A DNA stretch of 64,000 bases from a virus. Below, one piece after another: positions 1 through 8,917 of this stretch. Where the stretch lies: IMG/VR virus record IMGVR_UViG_3300025759_000058; one strand, 5' to 3'. Each line of letters starts with the position of its first letter. Within the stretch, counting starts at the first letter, position 1. The notes below the pieces were generated by a model, which was not told where the DNA came from, did not search any database, and saw nothing but the letters and a program-made list of their open reading frames with translations. Both the position numbers and the translations under genes were made by a program.

Positions 1-22
1 TAAAGGTACTGCCGTAAGCTTT

Positions 23-988
23 ATGACAGACCAGGACCGAGTTAAGAATGCAGATGAAGGATTTCATGTATTACTAAAATGGAAAGTACGGCCAGAATCG
101 CTCATCGCTGATTTACGTAATCTACCAGCAGATTATGGCTTTTGGAATCAACACGAATTTATTGTGCATCCGGATGTTAAAGATTATGTAGTAGATAAAC
201 TTATACCATTTGAACGGGCCGATACTTCCGGAGGCATTGCGGCATATGATAAGTTACCTTTCACTAAATTTAGCCGATCGGTCAAAGGCGGCGTCGGAGG
301 CTTTGGTCAATCTAAAGGCGACACATTGACAAGCTTTTTATTTAATCCTTATGATAAGTATGGCAGAGATGAAAAGATAGCATATAAACAACTTCTAAGT
401 TTGACTACTAAAGACGCCATTAGAAAGTTTAACGTGTTTAGTAACATGAATAATTGGTGGAAGCGTCAGTATGGCGATTTAGCATTTCCGCTAGCGGCAA
501 TATGGCGTCAGATACAGCCCATGGGCCGTAAGGATGTAGCTATACATATAGATAAAGTTATATCGCCCACTGAAGCAACACTTAAGTTTTATGTAGATCC
601 TAGCGCATTTTATAGTGCAAAAGACTTAGATGGTCTAGTAACAGGGTTATCTCAACATGTTGATCAGAACTATGGCGATACATTTAAACCACGAAACGCG
701 ACGGATGTCCCCGTCGGTTATGGTTCGATATCATTGGATGATGGATATGGCTTATACAATATGCGTGTGACTATAAAGTTGCCTAATACATATAAAATCG
801 AAACCTTAGATGATGACGAGCTTGGTAGTAGTTACCGAGATCAGGAAAGGGTTGATCTTAGTAACAAAATTTGGGCTGAGATTTTTAAAATGTTCGGACC
901 ACAAAAGATAGTGCGCTATGTAGACAAGAATATCGCATCATCTTGGAAAAAGTCCGTCCCAAAAACGGTTAAACTTACTATCAAATAA
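23..988 (+). CDS. Hypothetical protein (may be the 3' part of a gene that starts before the window)
   Basis: 321-aa ORF; the frame is also open upstream of the ATG to the window edge; no motif recognised. Confidence 0.7.
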   Translation: MTDQDRVKNADEGFHVLLKWKVRPESLIADLRNLPADYGFWNQHEFIVHPDVKDYVVDKLIPFERADTSGGIAAYDKLPFTKFSRSVKGGVGGFGQSKGDTLTSFLFNPYDKYGRDEKIAYKQLLSLTTKDAIRKFNVFSNMNNWWKRQYGDLAFPLAAIWRQIQPMGRKDVAIHIDKVISPTEATLKFYVDPSAFYSAKDLDGLVTGLSQHVDQNYGDTFKPRNATDVPVGYGSISLDDGYGLYNMRVTIKLPNTYKIETLDDDELGSSYRDQERVDLSNKIWAEIFKMFGPQKIVRYVDKNIASSWKKSVPKTVKLTIK

Positions 989-990
989 GG

Positions 991-1021
991 TTGTAATTAC
1001 GTATTAATGTACTTATATTTA
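991..1021 (+). promoter_or_regulatory. Bacteroidota-type sigma-A promoter (-33 TTG / -7 TATATTTA)
   Basis: TTG(991)-N20-TATATTTA(1014-1021); ATG at 1025 follows almost immediately. Confidence 0.7.
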
Positions 1022-1024
1022 AGT

Positions 1025-1219
1025 ATGTTTAGTACCATTCTATATTATAGTGCAATGTATCTATTAATAGGTACAATTGCTACATTTATGCTCGATCTGC
1101 TAGTAAGATATACTACAACAGATAAATTTTCTCATAAAGAGCGAGTTGCATCAATTATTTTATGGCCATATATGATAGCCGCAACTATTTACCATGCTAT
1201 TCGTTATTTAACAAAATAA
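1025..1219 (+). CDS. Small membrane protein with two hydrophobic segments
   Basis: Two hydrophobic segments, including IILWP; start moved from 1007 to 1025 because 1007 lies inside the promoter. Confidence 0.65.
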   Translation: MFSTILYYSAMYLLIGTIATFMLDLLVRYTTTDKFSHKERVASIILWPYMIAATIYHAIRYLTK

Positions 1220-1224
1220 TAATC

Positions 1225-1419
1225 ATGTCAAATTTTAATCCAATGGATGATGCCTTAGATTGGCTAATTGAAATGAAGTATGTCGAAATGGCTGGTTTCG
1301 ATGAAGAGGGTGAATTGTTATATGAAATCACACCAACTGGTGAGGTGTATTTAGCCGATGCACTAAAATATCAGCAAATTCATGACTTATTTGTATTTAA
1401 ACCCGAACAATTGAATTGA
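1225..1419 (+). CDS. Small hypothetical protein, winged-helix-like C-terminus
   Basis: ALDWLIEMKYVE...YEITPTGE resembles a wHTH wing; the 1225 start avoids overlap with the previous gene. Confidence 0.55.
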   Translation: MSNFNPMDDALDWLIEMKYVEMAGFDEEGELLYEITPTGEVYLADALKYQQIHDLFVFKPEQLN

Positions 1420-1435
1420 CGTTTGTAGCCCATTG

Positions 1436-1450
1436 ATATTTATATTAAAG
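1436..1450 (+). promoter_or_regulatory. Putative late promoter ATATTTAT-N3-AAAG
   Basis: Same motif recurs in about 18 intergenic positions. Confidence 0.65.
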
Positions 1451-1469
1451 CGTTAATGGGATTAGTTAT

Positions 1470-1817
1470 ATGTCACACAAAGATTTTTTTGTATGGTTAT
1501 CAGGATTTTTATCAGCGGTTGAACCGAACAAGCAGTTTGAAGTAATAAAGCAACAAATGAGTAAGGTTGAAGCAACTTTACTTATTGTCGATCAATTACA
1601 TAATACAGTTACTGCTAGTACTACAGAACAAGATGTCATAACCGAGGAACATATTGATACTACTGAAGAACATGAAGAGGTAGTTGAACAGTCATTGCCG
1701 AAGTCTACATTTCATAAGTCCCGAAAGGCTAGTAAATTTGTAAAAAAAAGGGAACAGCCCGAAGTGACGCCTAAGCCGGCTGAGGTTCCTAGAGAACGTA
1801 CTATATTTAGGATATGA
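1470..1817 (+). CDS. Hypothetical protein
   Basis: 115 aa; N-terminal FFVWLSGFL motif, acidic middle, basic tail. Confidence 0.7.
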   Translation: MSHKDFFVWLSGFLSAVEPNKQFEVIKQQMSKVEATLLIVDQLHNTVTASTTEQDVITEEHIDTTEEHEEVVEQSLPKSTFHKSRKASKFVKKREQPEVTPKPAEVPRERTIFRI

Positions 1818-1818
1818 A

Positions 1819-2307
1819 ATGCCAGCAAAAAGTAAAGCTCAACAAAGATTTTTTGGTGTAGTTAAGTCTATGCAGCAAGGCGATACTCCCAAAAAAGGTG
1901 AAGCAGGTAAGGCTGCTAAATCAATGAGCAAAAAAGAAGTAGAAAAATACGCCAGCACTAAACATAAAGGTTTACCTGATAAGGTAAAGGAGGATATTGA
2001 TATTGGGCATAAGGATGATGAGCCTGGGATGTTGAAGGCTGACTTATATCAAATTGCGGTATATGCCGCCGATTTATATAAAATTGTCGACGAATTAGGA
2101 AAGCGTGGAGATGAAATTGACTTTCCTCATTGGTGGCAAGCCAAAGTCATTAAGTCAAAAGGTTATTTATCAGCCGCTAAGCATTATTTACGTAATGAGT
2201 TAGCTACAAATCCAAATGCATTAGCCGAAAATCATGTAGATTTGGAACTTCCAGAAGTTCTTAAAGAGATCATTTTAGCTAAAATGCAAAAAAATACTAA
2301 TAAGTAA
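1819..2307 (+). CDS. DUF3008-like N-terminal domain protein, possibly virion-internal
   Basis: MPAKSKAQQRFFG...KSMSKKEVEKYASTKHKGLP matches the DUF3008 pattern. Confidence 0.7.
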   Translation: MPAKSKAQQRFFGVVKSMQQGDTPKKGEAGKAAKSMSKKEVEKYASTKHKGLPDKVKEDIDIGHKDDEPGMLKADLYQIAVYAADLYKIVDELGKRGDEIDFPHWWQAKVIKSKGYLSAAKHYLRNELATNPNALAENHVDLELPEVLKEIILAKMQKNTNK

Positions 2308-2406
2308 AGGATTTACTGTGTTTTTACTGGCAAATTTATTAAGTTATGATACATCGGTGTCTTCAATTCACGCCTTTAAAGAAAAAAATCTTAAAAATGG
2401 AGTATC

Positions 2407-5115
2407 ATGCGAATAATATCCTTTTTATATTTGTTTTTAGCTGTTGCATTAACAAATATATCTGCGCAATGTGACGTATTTATCGAACCAGGGTCTGTAG
2501 AAGTTGTAGATAATGGTACTGGAGTTCAATTTAGATTTGATATAACGAATAATTCGGGAGTAGATTGGTATGGTGATGTTTTAAAAATGTATTGGTCACT
2601 CAATTCAAGTGCCCCAATATGGAATATTGATTACAGTACTGATGTAAATCAACCCCCAATAGCACCCGGTGAAACTAGGACAATCAAAACACCATGGTTT
2701 GATATTCCTAACTTACCTTCTTGGTTCCCCGATGACCCTACTACGGCTCAACCTTGGGAAGAATCTATGGAATGGCCCTATTATGGGCTATCTTTTCCTT
2801 TCCAAGGTGCCTGGTCCCAAATGAATTTAAGATTGGGAAGTTGTGGATTAGCAGATGGAGCATGGGTTCATGATGATAATGGTGATGCATACTATGGCCC
2901 ATTTAATACAGATTGCCCTGATTTAGATAATGATGCATTTTGTGATTGTGATTTAGAAATAGTAGGATTTAACCCTTCTAGTTTAGATATTGAAGTTGAA
3001 GTAGTGAGTCATTGGAATTGTGGACAACCCTTAAATGGATTAGATAACAGTACATCTGCTAATATTGATGGAATTAATATGATTCATTTCGGTATCCATG
3101 TGCCAGGATGGGATTTTCAATGGGGTTGTACTACTGATATTAACCATCCGGGCTGGTCTTTTACTGGATGGTCTACGTCTGATGAAAGCGAGTTCTTACT
3201 TGCAGGTGATGTTTTTCAGGAGAATTTAAATAATCTAATCCCTCCCAATTCATGTTTCGAGGACATATTATCTAACGATTCGATATCAGAATGTAGAGAA
3301 ATTGTATTATGGCAAATAAACTATTCTCAAACTTTAAGTACGGCTGACGGCGGCTGGGCATTGAATCCGCTAGATGAAAATAATACACAAGAATATCCTG
3401 ATAATACGCTTATAGATAACACAATATTAATTTGCGAAATACCTGTTGAAGGCTGCATCGATCCTTTTGCATCTAATTATAATCCTGACGCTGAGGTAGA
3501 TGATGGGTCATGCGAATACCTTTTCCCCGATGCTGACCCCAATGCAAACTTCAATGATGTAATATGTAATGGGGAAGAAGCTGAATCATTATATAACGTC
3601 TTTGTTTACAATCCAGGTAGTGATACTCTTTTTTATTATTGTGTAGAAATTCCTGAAATAGGGTTTGATGAATGTTATAATGGGTATCAATCAGGAAATT
3701 TATGGATTGAACCTGGCGCCGGCCAGTTTATAGGAACCTTTAATATTCCTTCTGATATAACTCAATTTACTATTATAGTATACAATGCTGAAGGTGAACA
3801 GGATGACGATAACTCAAATAACACACAAATAGTTAATGTAACTCCACCTAATGAAACTATTTGTATAGACCCTATTGAACTAGATTTATTAGGAGAAGAA
3901 ATATGGTCTATAGGAGGAACATGTACTGATCCTTATTTTAATCAATCATTTGTAGTTGAAAATACTGGAGAAGCAGTTGTTGATAGTTTCCTATTCGATA
4001 TATTTGTAACAACCTGGGACAATCAGTTTGTAAGTTCCTTATCTCAAACATTTTACCCTTCATTAGAACCGGGAGAACAATATACTATTAATAATCTTCC
4101 TAATATTTTTACTGGAGATTTAAACTATGTCTTTGTTTCAGTATCGTGGTATGATGAAACTGGAGAATTAGTAGTAGATACTCAATCTTTTAATGTTATT
4201 ATATACTGCTGGGGTTGTACAGATCCTGAAGCCAATAATTACATAGATAGTCCTTATGTATTCGATGAAATCCAAGACTACTGGACAAATGACTTCCCTA
4301 ATATTACTCCTCCTACGCCAGACCAAATAGAGTGTACATATGATATTTATGGCTGCACCGACCCATTAGCGTTGAATTACGAGCCAGATGCCAATATTGA
4401 TGACGGAAGCTGCGAGTATAATGTTTTTGGATGTACCGATCCTGCAGCTAACAATTACAATGCAGATGCTACTATCGATGACGGAAGCTGTGAATATGAT
4501 ATCTACGGTTGTACAGATTCAGATGCAATTAATTATGACTCAAATGCTACCATAGATGATGGTAGCTGTATGTTTCCAGGTTGCACAGACCCGGACGCTG
4601 ATAATTACGATCCTACAGCTAACGTCGACGATGGTAGTTGCGTCTATTATATCTACGGTTGCACAGATTCTGCAGCTATAAATTATAATCCTGATGCGAA
4701 CGTAGATGACGGTAATTGTATATATAATATTTACGGTTGTACAGATTCCAATGCCATTAATTATAATCCTATTGCATCGACTGATGACGGTAGTTGTATA
4801 TACGATCCATGCGATGGGCCGTTAGGTGCTATATATTTTGCACCTAATACGTTTACGCCTAATAACGATGGGATAAATGATGGATGGGCGGTTATATCAG
4901 ACCCATCATGTTGGCTTCGATGGAATGTTTATATTTTCAACCGATGGGGTCAATTAGTCTGGGAATCGACGACGCCTGGAGAAGTTTGGCCTGGTAGTAC
5001 ATTTAGTGGCGGTTATTACGTAGCTGATGGTATCTACTTTTATAAAGTAAAAGGTATTGGATATAATCCTGCTAATACATTTGAAACAACGGGTCATGTA
5101 ACAGTCTTTAGATAA
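2407..5115 (+). CDS. Secreted acidic repeat protein with T9SS type-B (gliding motility-associated/CHU_C) C-terminal domain
   Basis: Signal peptide MRIISFLYLFLAVALTNISA-Q; GCTDPxAxNY...DDGSC repeats; C-terminus PNTFTPNNDGIND...IFNRWGQLVWE...DGIYFY...GHVTVFR. Confidence 0.9.
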   Translation: MRIISFLYLFLAVALTNISAQCDVFIEPGSVEVVDNGTGVQFRFDITNNSGVDWYGDVLKMYWSLNSSAPIWNIDYSTDVNQPPIAPGETRTIKTPWFDIPNLPSWFPDDPTTAQPWEESMEWPYYGLSFPFQGAWSQMNLRLGSCGLADGAWVHDDNGDAYYGPFNTDCPDLDNDAFCDCDLEIVGFNPSSLDIEVEVVSHWNCGQPLNGLDNSTSANIDGINMIHFGIHVPGWDFQWGCTTDINHPGWSFTGWSTSDESEFLLAGDVFQENLNNLIPPNSCFEDILSNDSISECREIVLWQINYSQTLSTADGGWALNPLDENNTQEYPDNTLIDNTILICEIPVEGCIDPFASNYNPDAEVDDGSCEYLFPDADPNANFNDVICNGEEAESLYNVFVYNPGSDTLFYYCVEIPEIGFDECYNGYQSGNLWIEPGAGQFIGTFNIPSDITQFTIIVYNAEGEQDDDNSNNTQIVNVTPPNETICIDPIELDLLGEEIWSIGGTCTDPYFNQSFVVENTGEAVVDSFLFDIFVTTWDNQFVSSLSQTFYPSLEPGEQYTINNLPNIFTGDLNYVFVSVSWYDETGELVVDTQSFNVIIYCWGCTDPEANNYIDSPYVFDEIQDYWTNDFPNITPPTPDQIECTYDIYGCTDPLALNYEPDANIDDGSCEYNVFGCTDPAANNYNADATIDDGSCEYDIYGCTDSDAINYDSNATIDDGSCMFPGCTDPDADNYDPTANVDDGSCVYYIYGCTDSAAINYNPDANVDDGNCIYNIYGCTDSNAINYNPIASTDDGSCIYDPCDGPLGAIYFAPNTFTPNNDGINDGWAVISDPSCWLRWNVYIFNRWGQLVWESTTPGEVWPGSTFSGGYYVADGIYFYKVKGIGYNPANTFETTGHVTVFR
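4348..4803 (+). repeat. Six tandem 24-26-aa Cys/Asp coding repeats (GCTDxxAxNYxxxAxxDDGSC)
   Basis: Visible in DNA and protein; further copies near 3451-3519 and (partial) 4210-4242. Confidence 0.95.
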
Positions 5116-5132
5116 AAAAAGTTTCCAAAGAA

Positions 5133-5164
5133 TTTGGATTCGAATATCTTTATCCTTATCTTTA
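5133..5164 (+). promoter_or_regulatory. Bacteroidota-type sigma-A promoter
   Basis: TTTG(5133)-N20-TATCTTTA(5157-5164). Confidence 0.75.
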
Positions 5165-5187
5165 AGTATAATTAAAAGATAAAGGTT

Positions 5188-5349
5188 ATGTTAAAGACTT
5201 TTGGAAACATTGAAGTTGAATTGAGCGGTTCTTTGCTCAATATACGAAACAATGGCGAGCTTGTTAAGTCCGAGCTTTGCAAAGCGGATGATGCCGTTTA
5301 CAAATTCAAGACAATGTGCAAGCGTGTTGAAGAATATCTCGCTGCGTAA
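5188..5349 (+). CDS. Small hypothetical protein, 53 aa (not in ORF track)
   Basis: MLKTFGNIEVELSGSLLNIRNNGELVKSELCKADDAVYKFKTMCKRVEEYLAA*; follows the promoter; TAATG overlap with next gene. Confidence 0.75.
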   Translation: MLKTFGNIEVELSGSLLNIRNNGELVKSELCKADDAVYKFKTMCKRVEEYLAA

Positions 5350-5642
5350 TGATCGAGTTTAAAGGTAGCTATGCACCGGCAATTGTATCAGTAGGATCTG
5401 GTACATATCTATGCCCCGGATGGATTCCAGTTCCGCCTAATACAACGCGCGCTGATATCAAATGGATTCGGCCGGAGCCTCCAAAAATCAAATCATATAA
5501 TGTTACTAGTAGCAATGGTAAGTCATCATATACAGTAACTAACATCAATGACCGTTGGAGTTGTAACTGTACCGGATTTAAGTTTCATAAACGTTGTAAA
5601 CATATAACACATGCCCAGGAAGAAAAAATTAGTTGTAGGTGA
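5349..5642 (+). CDS. SWIM zinc-finger protein
   Basis: CNCTGFKFHKRCKHI fits CxC...CxH. Confidence 0.8.
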   Translation: MIEFKGSYAPAIVSVGSGTYLCPGWIPVPPNTTRADIKWIRPEPPKIKSYNVTSSNGKSSYTVTNINDRWSCNCTGFKFHKRCKHITHAQEEKISCR

Positions 5643-5937
5643 TAAAGCCGCAGTACGTTTTTTAGGTGGTATTGAAGAATGTACTGTTATCGAAGTAATG
5701 AAAGATAAGTCGTATAAAATGCGCATGCGTACCGGTACTATCATTCCTAACTGCTTTTGGAAGCAGGATGCGCATAAAAAAGCAGCCTGGTACATTGAAG
5801 AGTACCTAGGCAAAGATATAGGCGTAAAGTCTCCGGAGATTCATAGTACCAAGGAGCACACTACGGATAAAAAACAGCTTAAAGATGAAATCAAAAAGCA
5901 ACAAGACTTTATACGAGGCAAGCATAAAAAAGGCTAA
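5611..5937 (+). CDS. Hypothetical basic protein, SH3/Tudor-like N-terminus
   Basis: LVVGDKAAVRF...CTVIEV pattern. Confidence 0.6.
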   Translation: MPRKKKLVVGDKAAVRFLGGIEECTVIEVMKDKSYKMRMRTGTIIPNCFWKQDAHKKAAWYIEEYLGKDIGVKSPEIHSTKEHTTDKKQLKDEIKKQQDFIRGKHKKG

Positions 5938-5954
5938 ACCATTCCCGTTTATTC

Positions 5955-5962
5955 ATATTTAT
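5955..5962 (+). promoter_or_regulatory. Putative late promoter ATATTTAT
   Basis: Motif just after the stop at 5937. Confidence 0.5.
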
Positions 5963-6134
5963 AAATGCTTGATTGAAAGTCGACGAGGCCAATGTTGGGT
6001 AAAGTATCCTATGCATTGTGATTATCCAGAACCTAGGTGTCGTCAAAATTTAATGGAGTTAAGAAATCGTTTCAGACTGGCATATGGCCAGTTTCGTTTA
6101 GTTAAAATAAAAGTTTTAAAATCAAAAGTTAACA

Positions 6135-6272
6135 ATGGCTAAAAAAATGTCTATCTCAGGGTATTCTGCTAGAACCCCAAAAAAGCGTCCAGGCGTGCAC
6201 GCTAAAACAAAAAATAGTAAGAATAAACAATCTAAAAATTATAAAAAAGCATATCGCGGTCAGGGGAGGTAA
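6135..6272 (+). CDS. Small highly basic protein ending YRGQGR, 45 aa (not in ORF track)
   Basis: MAKKMSISGYSARTPKKRPGVHAKTKNSKNKQSKNYKKAYRGQGR*; C-terminal YRGQG is typical of small basic proteins of aquatic phages. Confidence 0.8.
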   Translation: MAKKMSISGYSARTPKKRPGVHAKTKNSKNKQSKNYKKAYRGQGR

Positions 6273-6276
6273 GACT

Positions 6277-6456
6277 ATGAATCGCGAAGATCGTTTCCTA
6301 TTCGTATATAACGAAATTGAGTCACGTCAATTGCGTGAGCAGTTTAATGCACAGGTCAATAAGATGCGTGCCCAATCTAAACATCGTTTTAAAGATATGT
6401 TAGAAATTTGGGAATATGCGTATGAAAAACTCACCCATAATCAAGATTATCGATAA
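6277..6456 (+). CDS. Small hypothetical protein, 59 aa (not in ORF track)
   Basis: MNREDRFLFVYNEIESRQLREQFNAQVNKMRAQSKHRFKDMLEIWEYAYEKLTHNQDYR*; fills the gap between neighbours. Confidence 0.75.
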   Translation: MNREDRFLFVYNEIESRQLREQFNAQVNKMRAQSKHRFKDMLEIWEYAYEKLTHNQDYR

Positions 6457-6469
6457 TATTTATATATGA

Positions 6470-6685
6470 ATGATTATTTTAGAAAATATAGAAACGGGTG
6501 ATATCTTCGAAGGCGATGACATCGAATACTTTGTTGATGATGATACTCTGATAGGTGAAGTGTATCTCGATGGAGAGCTTATTTATCAAGACGTGGATAT
6601 TATTGACGAAGAACAGTTAGAACTATCTTTTAACAGATGTTTCATACAAACGAACGTTGACCCATTAGATCATTATTTTATCTAA
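6470..6685 (+). CDS. Small acidic hypothetical protein
   Basis: 71 aa; preceded by ATATTTAT at 6456. Confidence 0.65.
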   Translation: MIILENIETGDIFEGDDIEYFVDDDTLIGEVYLDGELIYQDVDIIDEEQLELSFNRCFIQTNVDPLDHYFI

Positions 6686-6715
6686 CATTAGATATTTATA
6701 ACAAAGGAGCATGTT

Positions 6716-6901
6716 ATGACATCACAAGAATTATTTACAAATATGGAAGCTCATTGGAATGAGTTTGTAGACAATCATACTAAGTATGTTGAGAAAGGAA
6801 ATAAGGCAGCTGCAACTAGAGCACGTAAATCTATAGGTGAACTCAAAAAGTTAGTTACAGAGTACAGAAAAGAATCAGTTGCTGAAAGCAAAAGATCGTA
6901 A
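6716..6901 (+). CDS. Histone H1-like nucleoid protein, Hc1 family
   Basis: KGNKAAATRARKSIGELKKLVTEYRKES matches the Hc1 core; late motif at 6692, AAGGAG at 6704. Confidence 0.85.
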   Translation: MTSQELFTNMEAHWNEFVDNHTKYVEKGNKAAATRARKSIGELKKLVTEYRKESVAESKRS

Positions 6902-6903
6902 TT

Positions 6904-7299
6904 ATGAAAACCGACTTAGAAAACAGACTTAAAGATATTATTCGAGAAGAAGTACGTACCATTGTACGAGAAGAGAGTGGTAAGTATGGACGTATTTTAG
7001 ATATCGAAAATTTTGATCCAGTAGATCCAGAAGTATATGTCACCGGGTTCGGGACAATGACTCGTTCCGTATTACGGAATGACATTGCCAAACGATTACT
7101 TGGCTTAGCAAAAACAGCAAAACAAGCGGCGGCCGGCGATACAGGATCTTTTGATAAATTTAAAGTCTTAGAATCTGAGTTAGGCGAACGATCACAAATT
7201 ATGCAACTGATTAAAGCTGAAGTAGAAATTGCAGAACAGTTAGAAGCATTACGTACCCAAGGCGGGCGTAGAACAACACCAATTCCAAAGCAATTTTAA
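6904..7299 (+). CDS. Hypothetical protein with LKDIIREEV leader
   Basis: Leader shared with 18222..18650. Confidence 0.7.
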   Translation: MKTDLENRLKDIIREEVRTIVREESGKYGRILDIENFDPVDPEVYVTGFGTMTRSVLRNDIAKRLLGLAKTAKQAAAGDTGSFDKFKVLESELGERSQIMQLIKAEVEIAEQLEALRTQGGRRTTPIPKQF

Positions 7300-7300
7300 A

Positions 7301-7332
7301 TTTGGAATTATAAAAAATCGTTATTATATTTA
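7301..7332 (+). promoter_or_regulatory. Bacteroidota-type sigma-A promoter
   Basis: TTTG(7301)-N20-TATATTTA(7325-7332). Confidence 0.75.
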
Positions 7333-7344
7333 AAACAAAAAGTT

Positions 7345-7557
7345 ATGAGTTATTATCTAGTAAAGGTAAAGGTCGCTACAGATACTCCTAAAGGAGTTAA
7401 ATGGCAAACAGAAACATATTTAGCAAACGCCGCTACAGTAACGCATGCAGAGGCAATGGTTAATGAAGATTTTCAACATAGTGGAATTGACTTCGAAGTT
7501 AAGTCGATATCAGCTAGTCCTATTATGAAAGTTATCGAGTCTCAAAACAAAGGATAA
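7345..7557 (+). CDS. DUF4494-like protein (Bacteroidota family)
   Basis: YYLVKVKV...ETYLANAATVTHAEA...FEVKSISASPIMKV. Confidence 0.7.
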   Translation: MSYYLVKVKVATDTPKGVKWQTETYLANAATVTHAEAMVNEDFQHSGIDFEVKSISASPIMKVIESQNKG

Positions 7558-7931
7558 TGAGTAAATATGTACAAGGCGACCATGTTGTTATTTTCAACGA
7601 AGGCCGATATGAAGTAGCATTGGTTACAAATATCCGTAAGAAAAAAAATGCAATCGTAGGATACGATCTCCGAACAGAACGTGGGTCAGGCTTACCAATT
7701 GTAACAGTAAGTAAGTCTAGAACTAATACATTTATCGATCCACAAATGACTCATATGTGGCATGCTAATGGCGGATTTACACATATGTATGTTGATAAGA
7801 GTTTAGGGCATACGCGTGCAAACTATGGTTCAGATGTTCAATTACGTATTGATGGTGACGATGGAAAGGTTGGTCATTTTGAAAAATATAATGATTTAAT
7901 CTTCCCAACGATTGGTGCCAGATCATACTAA
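7557..7931 (+). CDS. Hypothetical protein
   Basis: 124 aa; TAATG coupling. Confidence 0.7.
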   Translation: MSKYVQGDHVVIFNEGRYEVALVTNIRKKKNAIVGYDLRTERGSGLPIVTVSKSRTNTFIDPQMTHMWHANGGFTHMYVDKSLGHTRANYGSDVQLRIDGDDGKVGHFEKYNDLIFPTIGARSY

Positions 7932-7934
7932 GTC

Positions 7935-8231
7935 ATGAACAAATTTAAACGTAAAGTACTTAAACAACACCCTACCGCAAGAATCGAGTTTACTGATGCA
8001 GGACTTCAAGTTACAGCAAACGGTAACATCTTAGCAGAAGAATATTTTCTGCCAGAAACTAATGATGAAGATACTGCATGGGAGTATGCAGCCATGGCAT
8101 GTAGGGTAACGCAGAACTTTAATCGTACACATCCAATGAGAATGGACTTATCTTCATTAGAAGAAAAGATTAATAGAATTAATAGACGTAAACGTAAAGC
8201 AAATGTTCGATCGAATAAGAAAAAAAATTAA
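7935..8231 (+). CDS. Hypothetical protein
   Basis: 98-aa ORF within the gene run. Confidence 0.7.
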   Translation: MNKFKRKVLKQHPTARIEFTDAGLQVTANGNILAEEYFLPETNDEDTAWEYAAMACRVTQNFNRTHPMRMDLSSLEEKINRINRRKRKANVRSNKKKN

Positions 8232-8913
8232 AAAACAAAATACTGAAATGCAAGATATTATTTCAGATGAATTACAAGAAGTCGAATTAACCGAGCCGGA
8301 ACAAGCTGAGCTCGAGACGACGATACAATCTGACCCGGATTATTTACAGTATGCTCCGGAGGCAGTAGGATATGCTACTCGAGAACAGCAGTTTAATATG
8401 TATAAAGCAATTGCAACGCATATTGATGATCCGACTCGTAGTATATTAGATTTCGGTGCAGGTAGAGGAGACTTTGGCCGATGGTTATGTTCAAACTATG
8501 AACTTACAACGAATGACATTCAGTATAAAGGTATAGAACTAAATCAACCTTTGGTAGATGCATGTACTGCACTAAATGACAATATCAATGTCACTACGGC
8601 GGATTGGCTTAACTTAGATGATAGTGTAAAAGCAGAATGGTGTGTTAATATCAATTCAAATAATATGCGTTATGATGCAGATATTACGAAATCTGATATG
8701 GACTATCTTCAGAGTACTATTTCTAAGATGTATGACACTGCAGAATTAGGAGTCGTAATTTCGTTAACATCGGATGTAACAAATACACAAGATGGCTTGA
8801 TAAATTGGAACGCCGGTGATATATTTAATTGGGCACAAAATACATTTGGACGTGTTGCGTTAGACCATACAATGTCCGATGACATGTTCATTTTAATCAT
8901 TTATAAATTTTAA
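8203..8913 (+). CDS. Class I SAM-dependent methyltransferase
   Basis: ILDFGAGRGDF motif I and YKGIELN motif II. Confidence 0.8.
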   Translation: MFDRIRKKIKKQNTEMQDIISDELQEVELTEPEQAELETTIQSDPDYLQYAPEAVGYATREQQFNMYKAIATHIDDPTRSILDFGAGRGDFGRWLCSNYELTTNDIQYKGIELNQPLVDACTALNDNINVTTADWLNLDDSVKAEWCVNINSNNMRYDADITKSDMDYLQSTISKMYDTAELGVVISLTSDVTNTQDGLINWNAGDIFNWAQNTFGRVALDHTMSDDMFILIIYKF

Positions 8914-8917
8914 AACT

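Noticed and set aside
4348-4803. Regularly spaced repeats resembling a CRISPR array
   Set aside because: Degenerate at synonymous positions, in frame, no unique spacers, no cas genes
6021-6093. SAM-I riboswitch-like words (TTATCCAGA, GACTGGC)
   Set aside because: Spacing and the remaining conserved core do not fit
5885-6142. 85-aa ORF
   Set aside because: Overlaps both neighbours and spans a late-promoter motif and hairpins; more likely non-coding, though not excluded
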